52,086 nt of DNA from Girardia tigrina. Taxonomy: Eukaryota. This document shows, piece by piece, positions 1-13,338 of the stretch. The notes beneath the pieces were generated by a model, which saw only the letters and a list, made by a program, of their open reading frames with translations, made no database searches and had not been told where the DNA came from. The position numbers and the translations under genes were made by a program. Location: the NCBI GenBank assembly GCA_001938485.1, contig MQRK01237347.1, positions 1 through 52,086 of the forward strand, in the 5' to 3' direction. The stretch's first letter is position 1; each line of letters begins with the position of its first letter.

Positions 1-2
1 TA

Positions 3-40
<38 letters not shown>

Positions 41-699
41 ACATCAAATTTTCTAACCTGATTGTAAAACAAACGATTATGAACGTTTCATCACGTTAGC
101 CATTGTTTTAAACTCTGATTTTCTGGTAAATAGTGTTTTTATCAAAAACGATATTATTTGACTTTTTAATAAAAAAAGAAAGACATATTGAATCAAAGTT
201 TAGGTGTCTCTGGTTTGTGGACGATTGAGAGACGGTGTGTTTGTGTTGTGAAAAAAAATTCATGAGTTGCTATTCATCGACTAAAAATGAATCCTTAAGT
301 CATGAAATTCTCGAATACATATCACATTCATCGAGTCCGAGTTTCCATTAAATCCATGAGTGCCTCTGCTACCACCGTCCGGTCTTCGTGGAAACTCGAG
401 ATTGATGAAGTTCTATTTTTGCAACATATGCAGTGATCAAGAACCTTACTCAATTCCTAATGTGAGACGTTGTGTTGTGAATCATTACTAATAAGATGAT
501 AAAACCCGTTGATTAACATGTTAAAAAATTTTCTTGGGCACAAAATCCTAACAGTGATATTATAATATTAAGTTATTTAATTTACATTTAAATAATTATT
601 TTTATGCTTTTTAATAATTTATTTTTCAATAACGTTTTTTTTCTTAAATTTAATTTTCAAAAGCAAAAGCAACCAATGAATTAATTATCTTGAAATTAG

Positions 700-811
700 A
701 GATCCAAAGCAATTGTAATTGAAGAATTCCTAGAAAAAATGTTGGCAGATCCAGGCCCACAATGTTTGCTGTGGCTTACGATATTTCACCGGCTTGCTAA
801 TATTGAGAATG
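700..811 (+). CDS. dyb: Dystrobrevin exon (end of EF-hand region)
   Basis: ttag| RSKAIVIEEFLEKMLADPGPQCLLWLTIFHRLANIEN+G |gtaata; resembles vertebrate DTN '[28 protein letters not shown]'. Confidence 0.93.
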
Positions 812-864
812 GTAATATTTTTTAATTTATTCAGATTGAGCTTGAAATTTTAATTGAATTTTAG

Positions 865-1034
865 TACGGCATAATGTCAGATGCGAAGGCTGTCACAGAG
901 AAGTTATCATCGGATTTAGATACAAGTGCCAGAGATGTCACCACTACAATTTATGCCAAGACTGTTTTTGGACGGGAGTGACCACCGGCAACCACAGCAA
1001 TACCCACGATGTGAAGGAATACACATCATCTTCA
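865..1034 (+). CDS. dyb: Dystrobrevin exon (ZZ-type zinc finger)
   Basis: Follows a 53-bp GT-AG intron (812-864). Encodes VRHNVRCEGCHREVIIGFRYKCQRCHHYNLCQDCFWTGVTTGQHSNTHDVKEYTSSS |gttggt. Confidence 0.96.
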
Positions 1035-1789
1035 GTTGGTTATTATAATAAATATTTTATATTGTTATTGGGACATATTCAAATTTAGTTAACAGATATT
1101 CAGAATTTCTTTGCCTATTTTGATGAAGAGATTTTGGTTTCAAAGAAAAATAAATATTTTTTTTCAAAATTTAATTTGAATAATTATTAGAAGTTTAGGT
1201 TATTAATTATAAAAAAATATTTTTCTTCGTTTAGCCTTCCCGGCTATAAGGATAGCATAACTGTTTTTAGATATGTATATATGTGATATTGGATCGCAGA
1301 TTTTGTATCAACTAGAAACCAAAAACAATATATAACTGATGTTCTCACATGGCTTCTTATGTGGAAATATTTCAGTGTAGGGGAAGTCATCGGGCAACCT
1401 CTGAAGAACTACCTATCGAGCTAGCCCGCCATTTTTAGTATGGAGACAATGATCCATTTGATTTTGCCACTTTTACTTTGCTTTTTTTCTACTTCATCAA
1501 TTGAATAATACTAATAGATTTTTTTATTATTTCTTTAAATTACGTAAATTTCCATAAAGCTCATTTCAAAAACGAGTTTTGAATCTTCTCTGAGAAAGTA
1601 AACCTTTTTATAAAGAACTACATCTAATGAATAAAACTCAAAGATTTACTAGCACTAATTATAAGATGTTAATTATGCACAGAATGTTTATAAAGTCTCT
1701 CAGGATTTAATATGTTAACAGCTTTTTAGAAATGTAAGACAAACAGGTTGAAGATAATGTAATTTATTCTCAGATAATATGCGATTGTA

Positions 1790-3054
1790 TTAGGTGTATA
1801 ACTTAGTTTTTTGGATTTTCTAAGAAATGGTGTAACCTTTGTAATAAGCATTATTTTATAGTCGTACGTACAGATTTTTAAAGTGCTGAAATCGAGGCAT
1901 TGACCTTAAATGCGTCATAAACATTTTTAATCACGTTTTAGTATGACAATTTTCATACCAACAAAACAGCATTTGCGGGATGCACTACTGTTTTGCTTTA
2001 ATCAAAAGAAAAAAGCTGCAGACAGTTTTCGTCTTCTTGAAGAAACTTATGGTCAACATGCACCAACTCAACAGACTTGCGAGAACTGGTATAAACGTTT
2101 AAAAAGTGGAGATTTCGACGTAAGTGACAAAGAGCGTTCCGGTCAACTAAAAAGATTCGAAGATGAAGATTTGGAATCATTACTGAAGGAATATTCTACT
2201 CAAACAGAGAAAGAGTTTGTAAAACAGTTAAATGTTACTCAAGCAGCCATAAGTAAACGTCTACATACTATGAAAATGATTCAAAAAGAAGGAAAATGGA
2301 TACCACATGAATTGAATCAAGCCAACATTGAAAGTCGATTACTGATATTCAATTCATTGCTTACAAGACAACGAAGATGGTCGTTTTTGCATAATATTGT
2401 GACTGGAGATGAAAAATGGATTCATTATGTTAACTCTAAACGCAAGAAATCGTTGGTTCATCGCGGCGAACCGTCCACGTCAACAGCAAACAGAAACATT
2501 CATGGAAGCAAGGTTATGTTGTGCATTTGGTGGGATCAGAAAGGTGTACTGTACTATGAGTTGCTGAATTCGAATGAAACTGTTAATGCAGAACGTCACC
2601 AACAAGAGTTAATGAAATTGAACGATGCATTGAAGGAAAAACGTCATATTCCAGCCAACAAACAGTGCACAGTGATTTTGCTCCATGACAATGCTCGGCC
2701 ACATGTCGCAAAACAAGTAAAAAACACGTTGGAAGCACTTAAATGGGAAATTCTACCGCATGCTGCCTATTCACCAGATTGTGTCCCATCAGATTATCAT
2801 CTGTTCCGATCAATGCAAAGCGCTCTTCAGGATCAGCACTTCAGAAACCAGGAACATATCAAAAAATGGCTGGAACAATGGATCGCATCAAAAGACCGAA
2901 ACTTTTTTCGATGGAATTCATAATTTGCCTGAAAGATGATCGAAAGTCATAATTAACGTTGGAAAATATTTTGATTAGAATAAAACTTATTATGTCATAT
3001 AAATAAACTTGTCTGTTCTGCAAAAAAATCCAAAAAACTAAGTTATACACCTAA
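1790..3054 (+). mobile_element. Full-length mariner (DD34D) transposon, 1265 bp
   Basis: Perfect 30-bp TIRs TTAGGTGTATAACTTAGTTTTTTGGATTTT; TA TSD at 1788-1789 and 3055-3056; contains the transposase ORF. Confidence 0.97.
1943..2923 (+). CDS. Mariner transposase, near-intact but with a disrupted C-terminus
   Basis: WIPHEL, TGDEKW, HDNARPH and YSPDCVPSDYHLF motifs. The normal tail (FFDGIHNLPER*SKVIINVGKYFD*) continues in another frame to ~2977, with a frameshift and a TGG>TGA stop. Confidence 0.93.
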   Translation: MTIFIPTKQHLRDALLFCFNQKKKAADSFRLLEETYGQHAPTQQTCENWYKRLKSGDFDVSDKERSGQLKRFEDEDLESLLKEYSTQTEKEFVKQLNVTQAAISKRLHTMKMIQKEGKWIPHELNQANIESRLLIFNSLLTRQRRWSFLHNIVTGDEKWIHYVNSKRKKSLVHRGEPSTSTANRNIHGSKVMLCIWWDQKGVLYYELLNSNETVNAERHQQELMKLNDALKEKRHIPANKQCTVILLHDNARPHVAKQVKNTLEALKWEILPHAAYSPDCVPSDYHLFRSMQSALQDQHFRNQEHIKKWLEQWIASKDRNFFRWNS

Positions 3055-3089
3055 TATTATAATAATAAGTTTTCAAAAACTTTCAATTT

Positions 3090-3920
3090 ACTTTAATTAT
3101 ACAGTGTAAATGAAATATTACGCGTTATTTTAACACGCGGCTTAGTACAGTCTTGCTGAAATAGTGTTCTTGAGAATAACCTTTTCTTTTTAAGATTAAG
3201 AATAACGTGATATTTTAGCATCAGAAGGTATCTAACACCATTAACAATATCATGTGCGAAATATAGAAGACAGCATTTGGAATTGAAACCTGTCCACACA
3301 GTCACCTATTGAGGATCCAATGATATTGGTGTTGTCTTTGGAGGATTGATATCATATAATATCACACAATTACGGACGAATATGCTGCTATCTAGGTAAG
3401 CAATGAGCCTTGTCTGTCCAGAAAAGAAAAGTTTGATCTTCATTCAATCTTTCCTAAAAGTGTCATGGGACTTCTAATCGACATATATTAGCTCTTGGAT
3501 GCAATCGATATCATATGGTTTTTAGCTCGTGTGCTTTTCTAATGTAGGTTTCAAATTTTCAAAAGTTTTTCTTCAGTAAAACTTGGTCAACCAGATCGTT
3601 GAAAGTCATCAACTCGATCAATTTTCTAAAAACGATCAATAAGTCTTAAAACACTTGTTGAAGTGCAGGGCTGTATTATGTTTTGATTCTTTAAACAATC
3701 GAGATGTAATGCAGTAATGGGAGATTTATTGCTGAGGAAACTAGTTTGAAGCGTTGTTATAGATATATCATAGTATTTCATATGGTACAGAAATAATGAA
3801 ATGCAGTTGTTCGTAAATCAAACTCATGCGTAAATGGCATAAAAAATCGAAACGATTCTTCGACATCATTGGTTTTTATGAATATTCTGTTGAGTTATTA
3901 ACATTTTAGACCCTGCGTAA
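3090..3920 (-). mobile_element. Degraded Tc1/mariner (rosa/DD41D-like) transposase relic
   Basis: Minus-strand remnants VLRLIDRF..IDRVDDFQRSG and PQ*VTVWTGF...VNGVRYLLML...FQQDCTKP (cf. KVTVWCG..VNGERY..FQQDGA); many stops; boundaries approximate. Confidence 0.7.
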
Positions 3921-4474
3921 CTTCATAAACTATATTATATGATTTAAATCTAAGTAATCTAAGTTATCTTAAACTTTTCAACAATTTATTGAAATAGTGA
4001 ATTCCATTTGTTTTATATTCTTCATTCTAAATTTAAGATACTATAATTTTTACTTTTGCAAATTGTCTGATTAAATGACCTCAACACTTTGTTTAAGAAT
4101 TATTTTTTATTACTCATGAACACTTCTATCGTTAAATAATTTGATTTAACAGTGATGAACTCTGAATGGAACAATAAAACTCAATCAGTTTTTAAATTTG
4201 TACGAATACTGGGAAAATAAGTTTTTTTTCACTAAATTTTGGAAATATTTATGTTATAAATTTAGGAACAAGTAGATATAGAAGCAATAAACACAATGAA
4301 AAAATTCAACTCCGTTTAACTATAAATTTACACACATTTGAGCCAAATCTTTCAGACCCTAGAGATATTTGAACCGAATTTATTATTTTATGAAGTTTAA
4401 CATATTTGTAAAACCAGTTATAACGTGTTACAATTATTTTGAAATTATAAACAAATAATTAATATATTAATCAG

Positions 4475-4749
4475 AAATCGCATTCCCGCCAATTCGGCCA
4501 TGCCCTTCGTAAGTCATGGGACAGACAAAACAATTCTACTGTTGCTTGTACAGGAAAACCAGCAAAAGACTATCAGCAAAATCCACCAAATGCAAGGAAT
4601 AATGAAAATAATCAAAGGTTAATGAAAGCTCCAGCAGGCCAGGCCAGTCCTTGTTTGCCATACAGAAACACTGTTTCAAGAATTCAGGCTGTTGACAATG
4701 GCCAATTTAGGGCATCACCGAATCAGACGATGATGCACAATGATCAAAA
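4475..4749 (+). CDS. dyb: Dystrobrevin exon (post-ZZ helix and linker)
   Basis: tcag| KSHSRQFGHALRKSWDRQNNST...QTMMHNDQ+AA |gttagt; phase 0 in, phase 2 out; start resembles DTN 'KSPAKKLTNALSKSL'. Confidence 0.9.
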
Positions 4750-6559
4750 GTTAGTAAAATATCATTTGTTTTTATTTAAATATTAATTTTAAATTGTTTC
4801 TAAAAAGCAAAATTGACAAAATATAGAAACGATATTTATATATTACATTTTTCATATAAATTTGAATTTGACAACTATGTATAATTAAAATTCAGAATCT
4901 ATTAAAATGTTATTAAACATATTAAATATATACACTTATTATTTTAATTTGAATATTTTTATTACAAGTGCAGTGACAAGTCACGAACACAGACACACAC
5001 ACACACATATATATATATATAATATAATAAATTCTTAAAAGTTATAACTTATATAAAGATTTAAAAAAATACATCGATAAAAAATCGATTCATGGATTTG
5101 AGAAATTAATGATGAATTTCATTTGCTAAATGCTTTGCATTTTACCGTAAATCATCTATTCAATTTCAATCTCTAGCCATATTGGGTCACTTACATCATT
5201 TATAATCCAATTCTATCAAATTATATTTCCAACAACAATTGAATTCCTTTCCCAAACAAAAAAATAAAAAATTTGTTTTGAAATCGAGAAAATTCCTCTA
5301 CAATCAACTTCTCAATTGAAATAAACCTTCAAAATTGATATTTACATTTTCCTCAAAACAATTCAGTAGTTTTGTCTGAGACTCCCCGATAAAGTAACAA
5401 TTATTTATTTGAACCAATCTTAACATTAAAATTTCTTGTTATCTTAAATTTTTTATTTTCCATTTTGTAAAGTTCTATTTATTAATATATTTCTTTTGTT
5501 AAAACGAAATAATAAAAAATAAACATGCCCTATACGTTTATTAACTCGTTTTGCAACAAGTATAAATAGTAAATAGTTATTAAAATTATAATTATTTCGA
5601 CTATTAAAATGATAATGTGTTAGATCAAATCTTAGGTTAGGGAAAAGAATGATCGTTTATATCTCGACTACTGTTTTTAATAATTTAATGGATGTGGTAA
5701 ATTTAAGAATAGAAAATTATTAAATATAAAGTAATTTAAGATACTTATACTTAGTACCTAATTGCACCCAAAGGTATAATAAGTAAAACATAATAATGAA
5801 AGTAACTTGTTAATAAAATTTTAATAATTAAACTCTTAATTGATCTCGATGTCGAATAAAATCTTTTTTATTAAATATATCCCGCTACATCTATTTGTCA
5901 ATATAATTATATAATTACTCCCATTTTCCTCTTTTATTTTTACGTTAATTAGTTTTTTTCTATTTAGTCTTATAAGACGAATTATATTTGATGTGAAACG
6001 TTATAGACTCCATTTACAAACTTACTTAAATTATTTACAGCATTGGTTTTGAAATTCTTGTAGGAGCCCCGACATGTAATGCCTATTTCGGTATTTAGGT
6101 GATCCGATGCTTTGGTAATATTATATTTTCTAAAATATCATTTTGAAGTAGACTTTCAGTAGAAAACACTGTTAATTTAAATTTATTTATACTTATAAGA
6201 AAATTTTAATTTCTATTATTAGTTTATTTTAATTTATTTTTCTTACGAAAGTAAAACGTTTCATGGGGAACTTCTACAATAAATATATTTATTACACTGA
6301 CATTTCTAAGATTTTAAGTATGATTAAGGAATTTTTTATTTTTCATTTCTTTCGGTTCAATTTATTTTCAAGTTTTAAAATAATTTCCCATTTATCTATA
6401 TTAAAAATATTTACATCGAAAAAAAATTTTAAAAAATTAATCTTCTAATCAAATGGGCGCTTAACACAGCGTGATTTAGAAATGTAATATTTTCTCTCTC
6501 ATCCAAATTATTTTGTACAAATCCTTGAAAATAAAATTTCTTTCATTAAATGAAAAAGT

Positions 6560-7745
6560 ATTTGATATCCGACACTTTTTAACGATGAATGCTACGTCCA
6601 AAAAGATGAAGTCACAATGGATTTCCCATTAAGATCAACATTGGCATCAATTTTTGTGAAGTCACTTGAGGATAAAATTCATACATACCTTGAGTAAACC
6701 CTGTACTGAACAAATGATATGTTGATGACATACTTCTTGTTTTCAGAAACCAAGCTCTAATAGAACCATTATTAACATTCTTGAATGGTCTTCATCTTAA
6801 TATTAAATTTACTATAAAATCAGAAGTAAATAACAAATTTCTTTGTCTTGACATTCTTGTCATTAGGGTGAATGAGAAATATCATATTGAATTATACACA
6901 AATATAACAAATACATATCTCTACGCACCTCCATCTAAACAAAAATATCATATATATCACAATATTACGGTTACATTGGACAAATTATGTACGTAAACAG
7001 AGGTTAGAAAAGGATTAAACGAAGAAAAATTGAAGAGCACAAACAAATAGTAAAAATACCATATTCTAAAGGTTTTAAATCTTTTAAGAAGAGTATTTAC
7101 GATAATATAATTAAAGTCAAAGTGGTTTCAATGTCATCCAAATTTCAATGCTTCCTCTCTAAAAAATCCTAAATGATTTGTGGATTGTAAGCTTATCTGG
7201 TTTATAAATTTGATTGTCAAGGATGTAAAAACTCATTATTCCTTATTATTGGAGAGATAAATTAGTTAGCATTCCAAAAAAGTCGATCGTGTAAGATTCT
7301 TTATCATTCGTTAATTTGTAAAAATAAAATCTCTACTGTTTCAAAAGATAATGTGTTAGAAAAGGGCTTAGCCTCACATTATGAGCGGTCGTTCTGTGTG
7401 TAAGAGACACTATCAATACGATACTACAACAAAAGATGGTACTATTAATAAACATTCAAAATGGACTAATTAAGCCGTAACAAATCTAAAAAGCTTTATT
7501 TTAATTAAGAAGACATTTTTCAATTATTATCCTATAAGTTTTTAATAATGAAAATAAATAAAAATAAAATAATAATAATAAATAATACAAAATAATAAAA
7601 ATAAATAAATAAATTATTTGCTTAAAACGTTTTTTATAAATCTAACATTAAAACATACAAATATTAAATTATAATTGCTGGTGATGGGAAACGAAATTCC
7701 GAAACATGTTCAATAATTAATTGCTTATAAAAGCTTTAACAAAAT
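6560..7745 (+). mobile_element. Degraded Penelope-like retroelement (RT, GIY-YIG remnant and 3' end with hammerhead)
   Basis: YVQKDEVTMDFPLRSTLASIF (cf. YxQxDGVAMGSPLGPxLA), YVDDILLVF, LNGLHLNIKFT..CLDILV, LVYKFDCQGC; hammerhead-like motif at 7674-7714. Confidence 0.85.
7674..7714 (+). ncRNA. Minimal hammerhead ribozyme, core-mutated (CUGGUGA)
   Basis: ATTG-CTGGTGA-T-GGGAAACGAAATTCC-GAAAC-ATGT-T-CAAT: stem I ATTG/CAAT, stem II, palindromic stem III ACATGT; A6>G in the core. Confidence 0.7.
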
Positions 7746-8116
7746 CATTCTTCAAAAAAATCGAATAACCTATATAGATGTCCGTATTTGTTGAATTGGT
7801 TGAATACATTTGTACTTTAATGTCAATATTTTAAAAAAAGATCTTTTACCATATTATTTAAAACTTATTGTATGCAAATTTCCCTGAAAATTTGATGTGA
7901 ACCTTTTAAAAAATTTAAATAAATTTTTATTTTAAAAATGAGAGAATTAGATTTAATAAATATTTTTTAAAACGCTGATGAAAAATTTGAAATATATTAT
8001 CTAAGAATTATCTTGTCAAAAATGCTATTTATTGCAATCCAACAAAATAAAAAAGAAAGACAAAATGATTTTTGATGAAATCAAGCAATAATCTAGATGT
8101 CATTTTTACCGAAATA

Positions 8117-9276
8117 CAGTGTGGGCCAGAAGTTAGAGGACAATACCAAAAATGTTGGCTTAAGTATTTGTTCAGTTTCTTTAAGGTATTATACATATGC
8201 ACAAAAATTTATTGAATAAGCAGGGATACTTTTATTTTAAAACTATCCAATTGTCTACCATTTACTTCGATACACTTCAAAACTCTATTTTTTATCGATG
8301 AAAAAACCTTGTGACTAAGCTCCAGAGTAATTAAATGAAAGGGTGTGTTATTCTTTCTTTCAATTCTTCCAATGAACTTAGTTTAGTACAGTACACAGTT
8401 TTTTTATAACTCCCCGGAAGACGTCAGGTAGAGTATGATCGGATGATTTTGGGGGACCACTTTAAATTACCCAAAGTATCAGTCAGCATTTTATAAGCCG
8501 TTTCCATAATGCGCTTTGACGCCTTCATGCAGAAACCATCTTTCTTGAATATCGAACCAATCTGACACAACTAGGTAAATCCTTAGTCTCAAAATTATGA
8601 TTTACGACTCGTTTGTGACATTGCCAAGAACGAAAAATTGTTCAATAAACGATTACAACAAATAGTGGCCAAGGCGGTTACGTCTGAAGCAGTAACATCA
8701 CATTCAATTTCTTATTATGGATTTTCTGTTACCAAAAATGGTATTATGTTTGTTGACATCTCAATTTAGTTTGAAAAGTGCTTCATCATCCCAAAACACT
8801 TTCGTGATAAATGAAGGATCTTCTAGAAATTTTTTTAAGAAAGCTTCTCCAAATTCAATTCCACGGTCTTGGTCAACTTCTGATATGGTAATGCACGATA
8901 TGTGAACAATATGCACTCAATTCTAATTGACTAAGCAATCGACAAACAGATGTTCACGAAATATTAAATTGCATTGATACACATCTTGTCAAATTTTTAG
9001 GACTTTAAAAAATCACCTTCAATAATTTCACAATTTTTCGGGCAACTGAGGGTGACAAGCTATTCAGGTCTTGAGAACTCATTTGTTGAACATGTATATT
9101 AAATCCGCCTAATAAGCTTAAAAACATTGTCACGTTTGATGTTCCTTTGGTAATTCCGGTTTAAATAAACAGTTGTTTCATTTCTGAATTCCAGAAACAA
9201 TTGATGATATTAAGTGAAATTTTGTGGAAAAACAGATTTTTGTCGAAAAATGTTACATGTTGACAAAAGAAAAGTG

Positions 9277-9313
<37 letters not shown>

Positions 9314-9761
9314 GTATTGTAGTGCAGAAATATTGTAATTATTGTCTAATCTTGCATTTATTATAGTTTTTTGATTGTAAGAAAAGAAACTGGAAATGAT
9401 AGATAATGTTTATTGTACAAGTGTTTAGCAACGAAGAAACATTTTCAGATTGGAAATTTTTCGTTGATTTAGAAATTCAGATTGTCGAAATACGAATAGT
9501 ATTTCTAGTAAATAAAACCAAATAAAAGAAAAAAATAATCGCCCAAAGTGGGGGTCGAACCCATGACTATGAGTTTAAGAGTCTCATGCTCTATCGACTG
9601 ACTTAGTGGGCTTGATATTTGTCAATTAACACTCCATTTCTGCTTTATATGTTTTTCATTCCAAATTTTATAAAACGTTTTAGACTTTTTGATCTTTGTT
9701 CATTTGCAAAGTTTTTTCTTCCATTCTTAATGTAAGAGTTGAAATACAATGACCTACCCTG
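8117..9761 (-). mobile_element. Degraded Tc1/mariner (rosa-like) element
   Basis: Minus-strand remnants VFWDDEALFKLN and W/PPKSSDHTLPDVF (cf. FSDEAHF, WPPRSPDLTPLDFF). Imperfect ends TA|CAGTGTGGGCCA and TA|CAGGGTAGGTCA (9/12 match). Confidence 0.65.
9540..9611 (-). tRNA. tRNA-Lys(CTT), probable pseudogene
   Basis: GCCCACTAAGTCAGTCGATAGAGCATGAGACTCTTAAACTCATAGTCATGGGTTCGACCCCCACTTTGGGCG closely follows the metazoan tRNA-Lys-CTT pattern. It has acceptor-stem and D-arm mutations and a T-run terminator just downstream. Confidence 0.85.
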
Positions 9762-11649
9762 TATTTTGTAAAAAAAAATATATTTTGCTAAATTTATAAC
9801 AGAAGATTATAGTTTTCTTGGATTAAATTAGCTTCAAGAGGGACATTCAAAAATTATTATAATTTTAAGTGATTTTAATGATAAGATAACTTTATTGCAT
9901 CTGATTTAATTGTTATGTACATTAAATGTAATAAACAATTTAAGTACGGCGATTTGCATATTACCTTTTACTTTAGAATTATAAATTTCCTTTACATTTA
10001 TAATTTACATTATATAGTACAAGTTTAGTTACGTATGAATGTTTTTCGGAGACAACATACACAAACTTTCGTCACTTCAGTATTTGTTATATAAAATTTG
10101 ATAAAAATATAATTTTTTACTTTTTAGTTTTTCAAAATGAAAAATTTTTTAAAAAGCATTTTTTCATTATTAAAACTTGTTCTAGTAAATGTATCTAAAA
10201 AGTATTAATTTTTAAAATTGACAAAAATACTTATTAATTACAAAAACCAAATTTTGTTCCAATTTAAATCATATTATTCAATGAAAAAAATTTCTTTTTT
10301 AACTGATATTTTTATTAAAAAAATTGAGGATAAATCAAAAATTTTATTTTGGCGGCACATTGATTTTTTTAGAAAACAATTTTTTCATGATTTATTTTGT
10401 ATTTATATTTAACAATAATAAAACTGTAATATATTTTCCATTAAAAAAATGTTAATTTTCCGAATAAATTTTAATAAAAAATAATAATATTTTTTAAACT
10501 AAGTATTAAAAATGGTTCACTTTGTATTACAATAAATTAGTGTTTTCATATACTTGATTTATTTATTCTATATTTAATTAATTATCGAATTTCTTGGAGT
10601 TTGAACACATTTTCGAAACAAGAAAGATGATATTATTTCCCCAATAAAATAATAAAAAAAGAGAATATTTATTAAATCTTTATCCATAAAATTAATTCTA
10701 TTGTAAAATAATTTTACTATTGACTTACCGGTTATTTCAAATACCTTATTCAATTATATTAAACTTCTATCTCTAATAAATTATTGATGCTTGTTGTTTC
10801 CTTTCCCCTTTTAATTAAATAATCTGTCAATTATATAGTTTCTATAAACAGGTTTTCATTTACTTTAATGTGGAGTACAAAAACTTTTAGAGTTTTAAAC
10901 AATAATTTTTTCAATGAATTTTTATTAAAATGAGAAAATAGAAAATCTTTCTTTTTTGAAAACTTTTAAATAATACGCACAAATTGTACACACAAATAAA
11001 AGAATATATGTAAATTAACTATAATTTTAAACTTTTAATTATGATTTTCAAATGGTTTTTTACGCCGAATTTTTATTAATTTTTAATGAATTACAGACGT
11101 TGAAAGTAGAAATTTTGATTTCATTATAATATAAAAAAATTTTTAAGATTTATATAAAAATACTTTTGGATACATGAAACATATTCAAAGATGAATTGCT
11201 ATTTAAATATTCACTTGAATTAAAATGACCTGTGAATATTTTAGCCTGAAAATAAATAGCCTGAAATATTTTAAATATGATCTGGATCTCTTTTCTCCAA
11301 TTAAAAAATGCTCGTTTTCTAAAAATTTGAATTAAAATTTAATTTTTATTAACTGTTGAATAATATATTGCTTATTATCTAAAAATTATTACTTTTTTTT
11401 GCGTAAGGAAAAAAAGATAAACTTGAAATAAGAGTGTGTTTATTTTCAGCAATTGAATAAAATGATTCTAAAACCGGTATTTTACATATTAAATACATTA
11501 AATTAATTTAATTATTATATTTCAATTGATTTTGGAAAGAACGAACAATATTTGTAAAAAAGAATGACTCTTAAATAACTAAAATTGTTTTGGTTGATTT
11601 AAATGAGAAAGAAACATGTACATATTTGGAGAATATTCTGTTATTTTCT

Positions 11650-11970
11650 ATAGACGTTGAAAAGCATTGGAGAAAATAAAGGATTTACATTCAAATCTAC
11701 AAATAAATCTAAAGAAATTGCATTTTAAGTAGAAAAATCCATGGTTTTGGAATATGCGAGCAGGAAAGACGATAGACTTATAATAATTACGCAAATGAAC
11801 TTCCATCACGCATTAAAATTTAAGATTAGATCAATCAGTTCAAGAAAATATTTCAATCAATGTGTCATCAACAAAGGTCAACTGGTAATCAGGAATGGGT
11901 ACCCCATTCTGCATGTTCCAGGAATTAGAAACTTAGCTGTCCTTAATTCCATCGAAAATGTGTGACAATT
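11650..11970 (+). mobile_element. Highly degraded IS630/Tc1-like transposase relic
   Basis: KDDRLIII (cf. GxRLII) and GYPILHVPGIRNLAVLNSIENV* (cf. GHxVLRLPPYHxELNPIExVW). Confidence 0.4.
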
Positions 11971-13300
11971 TACTTCTATTATCAAAATTAAAATCACCAC
12001 TTGATTTCTACTTCTTTCACACCTTTAGAAGCATTTACTTCAAGAAATCTTGGAAACTAAAGATTATTGACATTGCAAACATTTTCGTAAAAATAAATTT
12101 TTTAAATTAGTTGAACTCTGAAAGACAAAAGAAAGAACAGCGGCTTTCCAGTTGATCAATAATGCTTCCGTTCCCAGATTATCATTTTTTTGTTATTTTT
12201 TTTGGTGTAGTCAGAATACATATTATATGAGCCATAGTGTATATATATATATATATATATATATACTCAATACTTTATTTTAATAATAAATAATATTAAT
12301 AATAAAACTACTTTTTTCAAAGAATATTGACATTTGAAGATAAGTTAAATTTTTAGCTTACCGTATTTAAAAAGTAATAAACAACAATGACATTACTGAA
12401 GTATATTATATTGATATCACAAAATATCCAGGAATACATATTGCTTGTCATCGCGATCCAATATCTGATAAACAATATTATTATTTTGAACCAAATAAAA
12501 ATTAAAAAATTTATTTTGAGTGTATGAAAATATCTTTATTCTTTTACAAGATCAAACCCATTTACATTTAAAAATCTACAAAATACAGTTATCTTATTTA
12601 CTTTTGAGTATTGCTAGAAATCTTGAAATTTTTAAGTCCTTGAAGTCTCGTTAAAAATTAATGAAAATCGAAAAAAATCCCTAGATTAATTGCTTTTCCT
12701 TTCTTGAAAGTTTATTTATTATAAAAAACAATAAATATTACAAAACATATTATTTTATTTAACAAACATTTTTATTATCAAAACAATCGCCAATTTTATG
12801 AGACCAATGTAACACATATTTAATTAATAATTGATTTCGAAAAAAATATAATTATCTTCCATTGGAATGTCTTTCATTGATATAAAAAATACTTTTGGAT
12901 ACATGAAAGTTTAAACCAGAATATTTATTACAAATCTATAATTAATTCTTATGTAAAAATTAATACGTGAAATAAATAAATACGTAATTAATTAATTTTA
13001 GTTGTATATTTCTTTATTTGTGTAGAACAATAAAAATAACCGATAACAACAATTTATTATAAATAATTATTACGATTGATTAATTAATTTTTTATTAATT
13101 ATATTTCATAAGATGAGAATTCATTGAATTTAAAGTAATGGGAAACCGAATTTCAGCTGCTTAATTAATTTCATTTTCAATTAATATTTATTAGTTGTCT
13201 GTTGAAATTAAATAAATTGTTCTCTCACTGTTCTTGATTTAATTTGCTTTTCAAATCTATTTTATACAATTATCTAAATGAATATGTTATTAAAACTAAA

Positions 13301-13338
<38 letters not shown>

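Noticed and set aside
1235-1460. GC-richer island containing CTGAAGA
   Set aside because: No stem II or GAAA partner; probably a decayed repeat that I cannot classify.
7974-8000. CTGATGA...GAAA
   Set aside because: Only 7 nt between the boxes, with no viable stem II or stems I/III; a chance match.
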